A stretch of DNA of 64,000 nucleotides from positions 24,552,001 through 24,616,000 of the forward strand of contig OX597838.1 in NCBI GenBank assembly GCA_951406725.2, written 5' to 3'. The position numbers were made by a program, and so were the translations under genes. Shown in pieces: positions 11,721 to 23,800 of the stretch. The stretch comes from Octopus vulgaris. Its lineage: Eukaryota. The notes below the pieces were generated by a model, which worked only from the letters and a program-made list of their open reading frames with translations, searched no databases and was not told the origin of the DNA. Each line of letters opens with the position of its first letter. Position 1 is the stretch's first letter.

Positions 11721-14700
11721 GTTAGCATACTTTGCACCCAGAACAATGAAGAGACTCAATCACTCAGTACAGATTGGATATGAGTTAACGCTGTCACCAA
11801 TCGTGTATTCTTTTATTGTTTTCTTTGATTCAGTCGTGATTGCAGCCATGCTGGAGCCCCACCTTTTGGTCAAACAACTCAGCCCCAGGACTTATTTTTT
11901 TAAGCCCGCTACTTATTCGATCAGTCTCTTTTGCCAAACAGCTAAGTTAGAGGGACATAAATACACCGACACCAGTTATCAAGCAGTGATGGGCGGACAA
12001 ACACAGACACAAAGTCACACACAGATATATACATATATATAGACAGGCTTCTCTCAGTTTCCATCTCTCAAATTAACACACAGCTTTGATCAGCCCAAGG
12101 CTATAGTGGAAGAGACACTTGTCTAAGATGTCATGCAGTGGGACTGAACCCAGAACCATGTGGTTGGGAAGCAAACTTCTTACCACACAGCCACGCCTTG
12201 TTATTTAAACCTTGGGTATACACCTTGTATCAATTTTAGATCTCTGTTTTTCTTTACAAAATGAAATCTGTAAGTCTTCATCCCCTGTGGTTTCAGTAAC
12301 AATGAATAGCAGTATTTCACACTTTTTAGTAATCATAAATGCAGTGTAACTTTAGATCTGTTCAATTTGCTTGATTCAACTTTCTACAAAGTTACAAACG
12401 AAGAGGAAAGATATTGTTAAAACCAGTTGTAGTGAAATCTCTTCTTTGTTGTTTAAACTGGATTTGTAATTCCATTAATTCCTTAACCCTTTCATTACTG
12501 TATTTATTTTGAGATGCTTTATGTTTCTTTCAATTAATTTTAAATATAACAGAGAATTTAGTAAAATAACTGAGTTATCAATAATCTAGTGATAGGAACA
12601 TAAATTGTGACTAAGGCTTGGTAGAAGATTTTAAATCAAAACTTACGAAAACAAGACATTTGTACTACAGAGTTAGAAGCGGTTTCAGTTGGGTTGGTAT
12701 CAAAGGGGTTAAGGCTTACAAAGGTGAAGGTCACAATATTTCTTGCCTCAATTTCTTCTTCAAATAACACTTTTTCTGCAATTTGTATAAGGATGTTTCT
12801 TACCAAGACAAAGGATCTTCAGACATTGATCCTCACTGAGAAGATGACAAAGGACTGAGGCTGCTGGCGACTTGCTGCACTTGAGAAGACACATCAAGCT
12901 AAGTAAAATTGTGGCCATCCATACATATCAGTATATCCTTTATGGCCATGCCCCGCCCCACTTCCCTTCCCATCCAAGAGGTCTTCATCTTGTGGGTGGC
13001 CAATGTTACATAAAATTGCGCTCATACCAGTGCTGGTAGCACGTAAAAAGCACCCAGTGTACTCTGTAAAGTGGTTGGCATTAGGTTAGGAAGGGCATCC
13101 AACAATAGAAACCGGGCCAAAACAGAAAATTGGAGTATAGATAGGTCTCCAGCTGGTCAAACCGTCCAACCCATGCCAGCATGGAAAATGGATGTTAAAT
13201 GATGATGATGATGGTGGTTGTCATTGTCATTATCTTCTGGTTTTCATTATATTTAGACACATGACAAAAGCATTAGCATGCCAGACAAAATGCTTCTCCC
13301 TATCTGAACCTTGGGCTAATGTTTTCTACTATAGCCTGAGGCTAACATCAGCCTTGTGAGAGGAATTGGTGGACGGAAACTGAAAGAAGCCCACCAATTC
13401 ACCCAGTCCAATACTCTATACCACACCTCTTACATTCACCTTCTTATAACTTGGTGGTATACCCTGATACATCTCTACCATCTCTCTTTTCTAACTGGGG
13501 TAGTCATGTATCTCTTCTATACAGCAAGACATTTGTTCCTATCCTGCTATCGAGGTCTTGTCTTGTCAGACAGGTGACCTCATGAGTACCAATGCCACAT
13601 AAAAAGCACCAAGTGTATTCTGTAAAGTGGTTGGCATTAGAAAAGACAACCAGCCAAAGCAGACATTGGGAGCTCAGCACAATCCTCTGGTCAGCCAGCT
13701 ACTGTTGAACGACCTGATCCATGCTGGTATGGAAAAACAGATGTTAAATGGTGGTGTATATAAATATAAACACATGCAATATCATCATCATCATCGTTTA
13801 ACATCTGCTTTCCATGCTAGCAAGGGTTGGACGATTTGACTGAAGACTGGCGAACCAGATGGCTGCACCAGGCTCCAATCTTGATCTGGCAGAGTTTCTA
13901 CAGCTGGATGCCCTTCCTAATGCTAACCACTCCGAGAGTGTAGTGGGTGCTTTTACATGCCACCAGCACGAGGGCCAGTCAGGCGGTACTGGCAACGGCC
14001 ACAAAAAATTGTGTTTTTTTTTACGTGTCACCTGCACATGCAATATCATTGTCGTCATTGCTTTACATGCACTTTCCATGCTGGCATGAATTAGATGCCA
14101 TCATGAAATTGGACTAACCAAGGTGGGATGGGAGATGTTGTCTTGCTTTCATTTCAGCTTGGTTTGGTCTGGTTTGGATTTTATGGCTGCATACCATTCC
14201 TAACATCAACCATTTTCATAGGATGTACTGGGTTTGCTTTTCATGATACCAACACCAGGTAACCATAACTAAAGGTGTGTGTGTGTGTTGCTGTCTCTTT
14301 GTTCATTCACAAGAGTTGTGAATGAATGTCATCATCATGCAAGCGGGGTCCTTTGCTCCCAATCTTCTGTGAAATCATGTCTGATTATCAAGAAATATCA
14401 CCTTACTGGGAAAACAGGTGGAGGCTGGCAACAGAAAGGGCCTATGGCTTGAGAAAATCTACCTTGACAAATTCTGTCTAACTACCAAGATAAGTAGGGT
14501 AAAAGTAGATGTTAATAATGATAATGACATAAGCACATATACATGCACACACTCATACACACATACATGATCATTTAATGATCATTTTCCATGCTGGTAT
14601 GGGTTAGATAGCTTGACTGAAGCTGGTAAGCTGGAGAGCTGCTCCAGGCCCCAGCTATCTGTTTTGGCTTGGTCTCTATGCTGGAAGGCCTTCCTAATGT

Positions 14701-14869
14701 GAACCACTCTACAGAGTGTATCGGGTGTCATTTACATGTTGCTGGCATGGGTGCCTTTTATGTGTCACTGGCACTGGCCGCAACCATGAGGGGTCTTCTC
14801 AAGCACAGCAATTTGCCAGAAGTGTCAGTCACTTGTCATTACCTTGGTGAGACTCAATATCCGAAACTC

Positions 14870-15270
14870 ACATTTCATCAAACTCATCCCATATCTTTCA
14901 AAGGGTCTTTCCGCAATTAGAGATCAGCACTTCTTTATGCAGCTGTCCTCATCCATATGCATCACAGGAACATACCAGTGTAGTCTACTCTCTAACACAC
15001 TACATCTGATGTCTCTTATACCCAATTTTTCTCTGACATTGTACATCCAGCAGAGCATGCTAACTTCATTTCTTTCAAGCCTTTACATGTCCTCTGCAGT
15101 TACAGTCCATGTTTGACTGCTGTGTAGCATGGCTGTTTGCACACAGGTATAATACAATCTGCCTTCCACTCTCAAGGAGAGGCTCTTTGTTACCAACAAA
15201 AGCAGATGCTCTGAACTTCACCAAACCTGTTCTTATTCTAGCAGTTATGCTCTCAGAAGGATCCTCCAAA
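14870..15270 (-). mobile_element. Degenerate fragment of the same RTE family
   Basis: SESITARIRTG..., GRLYYTCVQTAMLHSSQTWTVTAEDM; homologous to 31130-31440. Confidence 0.75.
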
Positions 15271-15431
15271 CAGACATATACACAGACCTCTCAAAAGTAA
15301 TTAGACCCCCCCCCCCCCGTCCCATTATACTGGTTTATCTATGCAGTCACTACCAGATACTTCAAACATTTTAATGTGTTATTGTTTTTCAGTTCACATG
15401 ACAGTGTTTCAATTGTTTATAGCATATAGCC

Positions 15432-15915
15432 ATGTTGCAAATGCCGGAAACAAAAGAAGAGTTGTCTGATTTTCAAGGAGGGTGTATTGTGGCTCAATTT
15501 GAGGTTGGGGGACTTTGCCAGCATAAAATTGCACAAAACTTTGGGATTCCTCTTGCCACAGTCAAAAAAGTGATTGTACAATTCACCAGTAAAGGCAAGA
15601 AGTCAACAATCTCCTGCACAGGTTGACCTGGGGGGGTGGTATCTTCTGCCTATTGTCTTTGGGGGTCTTCTGACTAGGTGTCTTCGGGGCTGTTGAGTGG
15701 ATTGTTGAAAATAATCCTCACTGTAAGGCAGTTTGGTGTTGCAGAACAACTCCAAATGTGTTGGAGTATCTCTGTGAGGTTCTCTCCACCAAGTTGGCTG
15801 CTACGGTAGAGAAGCATGAAAGGAACCTCTTCTTCGACCAGCAAATAACCAAAGAAGAAAGGAAGAATAAATATTTCAAAAACGATGGTGTCTATTTAGT
15901 TTTGAGGTGTCAGTA
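15432..15915 (+). mobile_element. Degenerate Tc1-like transposase fragment
   Basis: [13 protein letters not shown]...[21 protein letters not shown], an N-terminal helix-turn-helix typical of Tc1. Confidence 0.6.
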
Positions 15916-16884
15916 TTTATATATATATACACATACTCTGCCATGTCTTCAAAGATAATACAAAAGAACAAAGCACGAAACCAATATTTCCAGAATTGTG
16001 AAAAAATATAAATTTTTTTTCAATAAATTCCATTTTTGACAAACAGTAAATATTACAATATTTGGTAGAAAGTCTTTGTCTCATGTCTCTTAGATAAATG
16101 TTTTAGTGCAGAACTATGGGTGAGCAGATAAGTGTGTGTGTGCGTGTGTAAGAGAAGGTGAGCGCTTGGAAGTACGTATATGTGTATATACGTGGAAGAG
16201 AAAGTGTATGTATGTATGTATGCTTATGTGTTTATATGCAATAACATGAGAATCTGCATGTATGCATGTGCAAGTATGTTTTGTATATGTATGCATGTAT
16301 AGTGTGTGTATGCATGTGCCTGTGTATATGTATATGTTTTGTGTATGTATAGCTTTTGGGTGTTTGTATGCATGTCTATTATATGAAACAGCCTTAACCC
16401 TCTGGCATTCAAATGACCCTGTCAAATGTTGTACTCTTTTATTCACATTGCTTTGTATTAATCACGTATTATCTTGCAGCTTTGAAATTTAGATGGTGTA
16501 ATTATTGATGTTTTAGAATGATGTTGTAGGGTAGATATGATGGGCCAGATCTAGCCAATTTGAACATATAACAGGGAGAATATTGGGGCCAGATATGGCT
16601 GGTTGAAATGCTAAGGGGTTAATCCCTTAGCATTTAAACCAGCCACATTCAGTCCAAATATTTTACCTGTTTTATGCTTAACCCCTCAGAATCCAGATTA
16701 TTCTCTGAAATGCAAAACTTACTTATTAACATTGTTTTGAATTAATCACATATTATTTCGTAGCGTTGAGATTTCGATGATGTAATTTTTCTTTTTTATA
16801 ATGACATTGTAGGGTAGGTGTGATAGGCTGGATCTGACCAGTTTGAATATAAGACAGGTAGAATATTTTGGCTAGATATGACTG

Positions 16885-17434
16885 TACATTATTTACATTT
16901 GACGGATATTTGTCCTCATCTGATTTGTTGTTAACACAATGTTTCGGCTGATATACCCTCCAACCTTCTTCAGGTGTCTTGGGGAAACTTCGAACCTGGG
17001 TTCTCATTCCTAAGGTATTTTCGATGTTATTATTATTATTGCTATTATTATTGTTATTGTTCAGGTCACTGCTTGGAATCGAACTCGGAATCTTGGGGTT
17101 AGTAGCTCATGCTCTTAACCACTATGCCATACGCCCATGGGCATATCGCATAGTGGTTAAGAGCATGGGTACTAACCCCAAGATTCCGAGTTTGACTCCA
17201 AGCAGTGACCTGAACAATAACAATAATAATAATAATAACAACAACATCGAAAAATACCTTAGGAATGAGAACCCAGGTTCGAAATTTCCCTAAGACACCT
17301 GAAGAAGGCTGGAGGGTATATCAGTTGAAACGTTGTGTTAACAACAAACAAGATGAGGACAAATATCTGTTGAATGTAAATAATATAAATAATGTAAATA
17401 ATGTAGATAATTCCTCATCTCTTAAATATAGAAC
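16885..17434. mobile_element. Palindromic tRNA-headed, hammerhead-bearing retroelement (Penelope-like non-autonomous), copy 1
   Basis: Inverted arms of about 250 bp centred at 17137/17138; tRNA-like heads; hammerhead motifs at 16933-16978(-) and 17294-17339(+); TSD ctagatatg(a/g)ctg at 16872-16884 and 17434-17446. Confidence 0.8.
17294..17339 (+). ncRNA. Minimal type-I hammerhead ribozyme motif
   Basis: GACAC-CUGAAGA-A-GGCUG...CAGUU-GAAA-CG-UU-GUGUU, with two G.U wobbles in stem II. Confidence 0.6.
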
Positions 17435-17749
17435 TAGATATGGCTGGTCTAAATGCCTAAGTGTTAAAATTTGGAAACAGGTATTTTGTGTGTCATATGT
17501 GTACGGATGTTTTTTTGAGCCTAAATACGTAAGGGTGATTGTGGCTTAAAGAATGTTGATGTGTGCGATCTGGTCCTTTTATGATAGATAGAGAGAGAGA
17601 GACAGACAGACAGACAGAGAGATCAAAACATGGCTTAAAGATTATCCATTTGAAACATTTGTTGAAGAAATGCCTGATAGGTGTAGGTGACAGCCTCTGT
17701 AGTTGGAATGGTGGTGGTGCCGTTGCTGCTGCTGCTTGTTGGGGTTCAA

Positions 17750-17872
17750 TCATCTGGGCATGTTGATGCCAGGTAAGACATCTACCAGAGTATTGATGAG
17801 CATATATCGTGAGAACATGAGATAGGCAATGCGATACCAGGTGATTTGTGTCGAGTGTGCCCACATGGCACG
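17750..17872 (-). CDS. PIGL: PIGL exon 7
   Basis: ttttgcag acceptor; RAMWAHSTQITWYRIAYLMFSRYMLINTLVDVLPGINMPR then TGA. Confidence 0.92.
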   Translation of the reverse strand, partial: RAMWAHSTQITWYRIAYLMFSRYMLINTLVDVLPGINMPR

Positions 17873-20800
17873 CTGCAAAAACAAGATGAAATAGAGAACA
17901 AAAATATTAATTAGACGCACACTAAACAGTGTTGAATGAAATATAGTTATGCATTATCATCATCGTCATCGAACGAGGTCGTTGCCAGTGCCGCTGGACT
18001 GGCTCCTGTGCAGGTGACACGTAAAAAACACCATTTGAGCGTGGTTGTTACTAGTACCGCCTGACTGGCCCTCATGCCAGTTGCACGTAAAAGCACCCAC
18101 TACACTCTTGGAGTGGTTGGTATTAAGAAGGGCATCAAGCAGTAGAAACACTGCCAGATCAGATTGGAGCCTGGTGCAGCCATCTGGTTTGCCACACCTC
18201 AGTCAAATCATCCAACCCATGCTAGCATGGAAAGTGGACGTTAAACGATGATGATAATGATGATAGATACAGAAATAATTTATTCTCAAATGCATGATAA
18301 TACTAATACAAAGGCACGAAGTGGATAAACTATCCATATACTGCAGAAAAAATCGTTACCATCCACCCAGCCAGCCATGAGACACGAACTCACATCCCTG
18401 TGATTCTTTCTACTATAGGTACAAAATCTGAAAATTGAGCGCAAGGGGCTAGCCCATTGCATGATTCCCAGTGCTTGACTTGTACTTATTTTACTGACCC
18501 CAAAAGGACAAAAGTCAACTATGGAAGAATTTGAAGTATAGCTGGAAGAAATGCCATTAAGCATTTTGTCCAGCAAGCTAATGATTCTGCCAGCTCACCG
18601 CCCTAGGATTACCTTTTTATTTATTTATGCGCCCTTTTCAAGCGTTACTCAAGAAACAGGAAGAAAGAGTGAGAGAAAGTTGGGGTGAAAGAGTACAACA
18701 GGGGTCATCACCACCCTCTGCTGGAGCCTTGTGGAGCTTTAGGTGTTTTCAATAAATACACACAATGCCTGGTTTGGGAATCGAAACTGCGATCATCCAA
18801 CCGCAAGTCCGCTGCCCTAACCACTGGGCCATTGTGCTTCCACAAATAAATGCGCCCTTTTGAAGCCTAGCCAGGCTCATGGGCCCGGTTTGCCAGTTTC
18901 AATGGCGTATGTGTTCCCCAGCTGGATGGGATGCCAGTCCATCGCAGCGTTACTCATTTTTGCCAGCTAAGTGGACTGGAGCAGCGTGAAATGAAGTGTT
19001 CTTCTCAAGAACACAATGTGTTGCTCGGTCCAGGAATCGAAACCACAATCTTACAATCATCATGCTGACCACTAAGCCACGCGCCTCTAGGATTACATAA
19101 CAACTACAAAACAAAGCAAAACGGAAACAATAACAATGGAGATTAAATAGTAAAATTCAGCTTACAACAGCTCTGATGGCAGCACTAATGGTAGATATAT
19201 AGCATTTTGATGTCAACACTGTAGAGAGAGGAATGTCCAGGAATGACACATACTTTCGTAGAATATTTGTAGTTTCTAGGCTGTAAAAATTAATACCTGT
19301 AAAAGAAAGAAAAGATTTAAAACAATAGTTTACAGTGAGTTCACAGGATAATAGGCACTAACCATTTACAACATCTCCCTTACAGTGGTACTCCTGTTTC
19401 TGACCTCGCTTTTGATCACTCTCTCTCTGTCTCAGGCTGGGTAACAGTAAGACACCTGTTTTTGTCTCTCTGTCTCCCCATCACATTTGAACCTTTCATC
19501 ATCTGTCATAAGATCACCACTTCCAATGCCACCTCTCCTCTCAAAGGATCTTTGCCTTGCAAGTTACTTGGTGACCCTGCAAGTGTTGGTGCAATGCAAA
19601 AAGCACCCAGTCCACACTGTGAAATGGTTGGCATTTTGAAAGGCATCCAGCTGTAAAAACCATGCCAAAACTGACCTCACCAGTGTTGGGGCCATACAAA
19701 AAGCATTCAGTCCACAATGAAGTGGTTGGCATTTTGAAGGGCATCCAACTGTAAAAACCATGCCAAAACTGACCTCACCAGTGTTGGTGCCAGGCAAAAA
19801 GCACCCAGTCCACACTGTGAAGTGGTTGGCATTTTGAAGGGCATCCAGCTGTAAAAACCATGCCAAAACTGACCTCACCTGTGCTGGTGGCATGCAAAAA
19901 GCACTCAGTCTACTCTGCAGGGTGGTTGGTGTTAGGAAGGGCATCCAGGAATAGATATTGTAAGAATACCTTTGGTCATAGATGAGCTCAACCAGAGCTG
20001 ACATGGGGTTAAAAGCAACATTTCCTCAATAATCATCATCATTTTACATCTGCTTTCCATGCTGGTATGGTTTGGATGGCTCTTAAGGAAAGTAGGAAAT
20101 AGCTTGTAGTGATGGGAAATGAGGATTCAGTTGTTTCATCGACTGAATTACCTGCTCCCTTTCTGGATTACTAACAGTACATATTGCTCCAGTGCAAAAC
20201 AGACACAGAAGTCTGGTGCAGGCTTCCACCTGGCCAGATCCTGTCAAACCGTCCAACCCATGCCAACATGGAAGGTGGATGTTAAACTATGATGGACATC
20301 ATTGCCATTATTGTAGCATGTATTTGTGCATTATTAGCAGTTGCTTTTTCATGTTGTTGGAATGAAAAGGATTAAGGATTATTTTCAATTATGAAAAGGT
20401 CCTAATAAACTTGGTTTGATGGGGCTTCCTCGGCCTTTCATCATCATCATCATTTAATGTCCACTTTCCATGCTAGGATGGGTTGAACGATTTGACTGAG
20501 GGCTGGCAAACCATATGGCTGCACCAGGCTCCAATCTTGATCTGGCAGAGTTTCTACAGCTGGATGCCCTTCCTAACGCCAATCACTCTGAGAGTGTAGT
20601 GGGTGCTTTTACGTGCTACCGGCATGGGGGCCAGTCAGGCGGTACTGGCAACAACCTCGCTCATGTGCCAGTATAGATGCAAATTAGACCCTTTGCCTAA
20701 TTTCTGCATTAAATCTTCTTACTACTGATCAAAGGTCTCTCCATCACTAGCCAACTGCAATATTCTGCTGCTATATCGCTTCAACTGACTTGATCTTTCA

Positions 20801-23800
20801 TTCTTACACTGTTCCCATCCACCCACATTTTACATTGAACACTCCACCCTTATATGATATCAAATAATCTCTTATTTCTTTATTGTCCACAAGGGGCTAA
20901 ACGTAGAGGGGACAAACAAGGGCAGACAAAGGGATTAAGTCGATTACATTAACCCCCAGTGCGTAACCGGTACTTAATTTATCGACCCCAAAAGGATGAA
21001 AGGCAAAGTCGACTTTGGCGGAATTTGGACTTAGAACATAAAGGCAGACGAAATACCGCTAAGCATTTCGCCTGGCATGCTAATGTTTCTGCCAGCTTGC
21101 CACCTTTATATGATATCAAATAATCTCTCCCTTTCCACTGAACCACTTCCTGTTGATTTGTCCATATCACCCTATGTCTCTCACCCCCACCCCCATGTAC
21201 ATCACAGTCATCATCCCCACCTCAACCCTTGGTCGTCATTCAGTATCCTCACATACCAACCCCACTTCTTACCACTGCCCACTCTTGTAAACTCTAAGGT
21301 ACACTTCTTGTTCTCAAGCCCCAGAGCCTCGTCATCACCACAATTTCTGTTTCTCTTTTCAACTACCCCTGAATACTCCCATTCATTCTTGTATAATATG
21401 AGCAACCATGTATCATTTCTTATTTCTTTATTGCCCACAAGGGGTTAAACATAAAGGGATTAAGTCGATCTCAGTGCATAACTGGTACTTAATTTATTGA
21501 CCCTGAAAGGATGACAGGCAAAGTTTACCTCAGAATGTAATGGCAGATGAAATACCACTAAACATTTTGCCCAGCATGCTAACATTTCTGCCAGCTCCCC
21601 GCTTTAAACCACGTATCATTTCTACAGCAAAAATCCTATTCTGGGCCCGTCCTTCATACTCTAACCTTTCATTACAAAGGATAAAACTGCCTCCCTCTCT
21701 ACTGTTGCTCTATAGATCTAACGAGGACCTTAGTCTTGCAGGCTACATGGTGACCTCACTAATGCTGGTGCCACAGAAAAAGAAGGCATCCAGTACACTC
21801 TGCAAATTAGTTGATGTTATAAATGGCATCCAGCTGTAGAAACCATGTCAAGGCAGGTATTGGCACATAGTGCAGTCTTCTGACTTACTAAATCCTGTCA
21901 AACTGTCCAATCCATGCCAACAGGGGAGACAGATATTAAAAGATGATGATGATGAACTATGTAGGTGTATATAATCCCCTGGACCAATCCTCTTACATTT
22001 GCCTTCCTGTAACTCGAGGGTATGGCCTGACCCTTCTTCAATGTCTTTTCTCTTATCAACTGGGATAGCCATGTATCTTGTCTACTGCAAAACACCTGTC
22101 TTAAACTTTAACCCTTTTGTTACTTTATTTATTTTGAGATGCTCTGTGTTTCTTTGAATTAATTTTAAATATAACAAAGGATTTAGTAAAATAACTTAAT
22201 TATCATTAAGCTTGTGTTAGGAACATAAATTGTGACTAAGGTTTGGTGGAAGATTTTAATTCAAAACTTATGAAAACAAGAAATTTGTACTACAGAGCCA
22301 GAGCCAGTTTCAGCCGGGTTGGTAACAAAAGGGTTAAAAATATCATGGTGATGTTAACCCTTTTGTTACCATATTTCTGTTGAGATGCTCTGTGTTTCTT
22401 TCTATTAATTTTAAATATAACAAAGAAATTAGTAAAATAACTTAGTTATCATTAAGCTAGTGTTAGGAACATAAATTGTAACTAAGGTTTGGTAGAAAAT
22501 TTTAATTTGATACTTATGAAAACAAGACATTTGTACTACAGAGCCAGTGGCGGTTTTGGCCGGGTTGGTATCAAAAGGGTTAAACATTCAGATTACTCTG
22601 CTATATGTGATGCTTATTTATTCACACTGTCTTGAATTAATCATCTATTGTGTTGTGGTTTAAGATTTCGATAATGTCACTGTCTATTTTTCCTATGACA
22701 TAGTAGAGTAGGGGGTGAGATGTTGGATCTGGCCAATTTGAACATAAAAGAGGAAAAATATTTTGGCCAGATATGGTCAGTTTAAATGCCAATGGGTTAC
22801 GACAGTATTGTGTTGCTCACATGTTAAAGAGTCGAAGGGATAATGATGTGAGTAGGGTAATGTTAACACCGTTTACAAGGATGTGATGTTTAGCAATGGT
22901 CAAAGAAACAGTAACATACCTGACGGAGCTCTTCCATCTTGAAGCAGTTTCCTGAAAAATAGCACAGATAATGAAATCGTTATTCTTCATCACCATCATC
23001 AGTAGTAGTAGTAGTAATAGCAGCAGCATACAACACTTATAATAACAATAATAATTTCAAATTCAAATTACGATGAACATAAACAAACAAATGAAGTTTG
23101 CTTTAGAAGCGTTGGGATGTCTTAGAAAGTTAAAGAAGTGATTTTAGATTCTCAAACGTAGGATAATGCTAATAGTATAGCCTGAACAGGATAGGCTACC
23201 CCTATTTTGCAGAAAAAAAGTGTTGGCAGCCGGCTATGAGACTTGAACTCACACCTCCGTGATTACGTGTCATGGTGATCTGAACCAATTAAGCTAAACT
23301 GCCCATACCACAAATTCTTCCGTAGGGAGCAAGCTGGTTGTATCAAATTAAGTACTAGACCAACATTTCATTTGATTGACTGTTGAGTAGAGGAAGCACA
23401 AGGTAATGAGGTTCCTGTAGTTTTGTCTCACTGAGGAATAGTCAACCCCACTAGTGCTGGTGCCAGTGAAGGTGCATGGTTTACGCTATTTGGCTTATGA
23501 TCGTGTCGTCATGTGTTTAGTTCCTAGTGGGGTGTTACATCCTAGACCAAGACACTTTATTTCATGTTGCTCCAATCCACCCAGCTGGCAAAAATCAGTT
23601 GTACCTGTAATTCAAAGGTACATTCTTTGACATATTGAATCTCAGTTCTATATTTAAGAGATGAGGAATTATAGATATTATTTACATTTGACGGATATTT
23701 GTCCTCATCTTGTTTGTTGCTAACGTTAGTATAAGTGCAAAACAACACCACGGAGGAATCAACATAAGCTTAAATAATAAACTGCGATAGGTGAACCACA

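Noticed and set aside
17064-17210. Divergent pair of tRNA genes
   Set aside because: A and B boxes are present but the acceptor stems do not pair and there is no terminator; these are retroelement heads.
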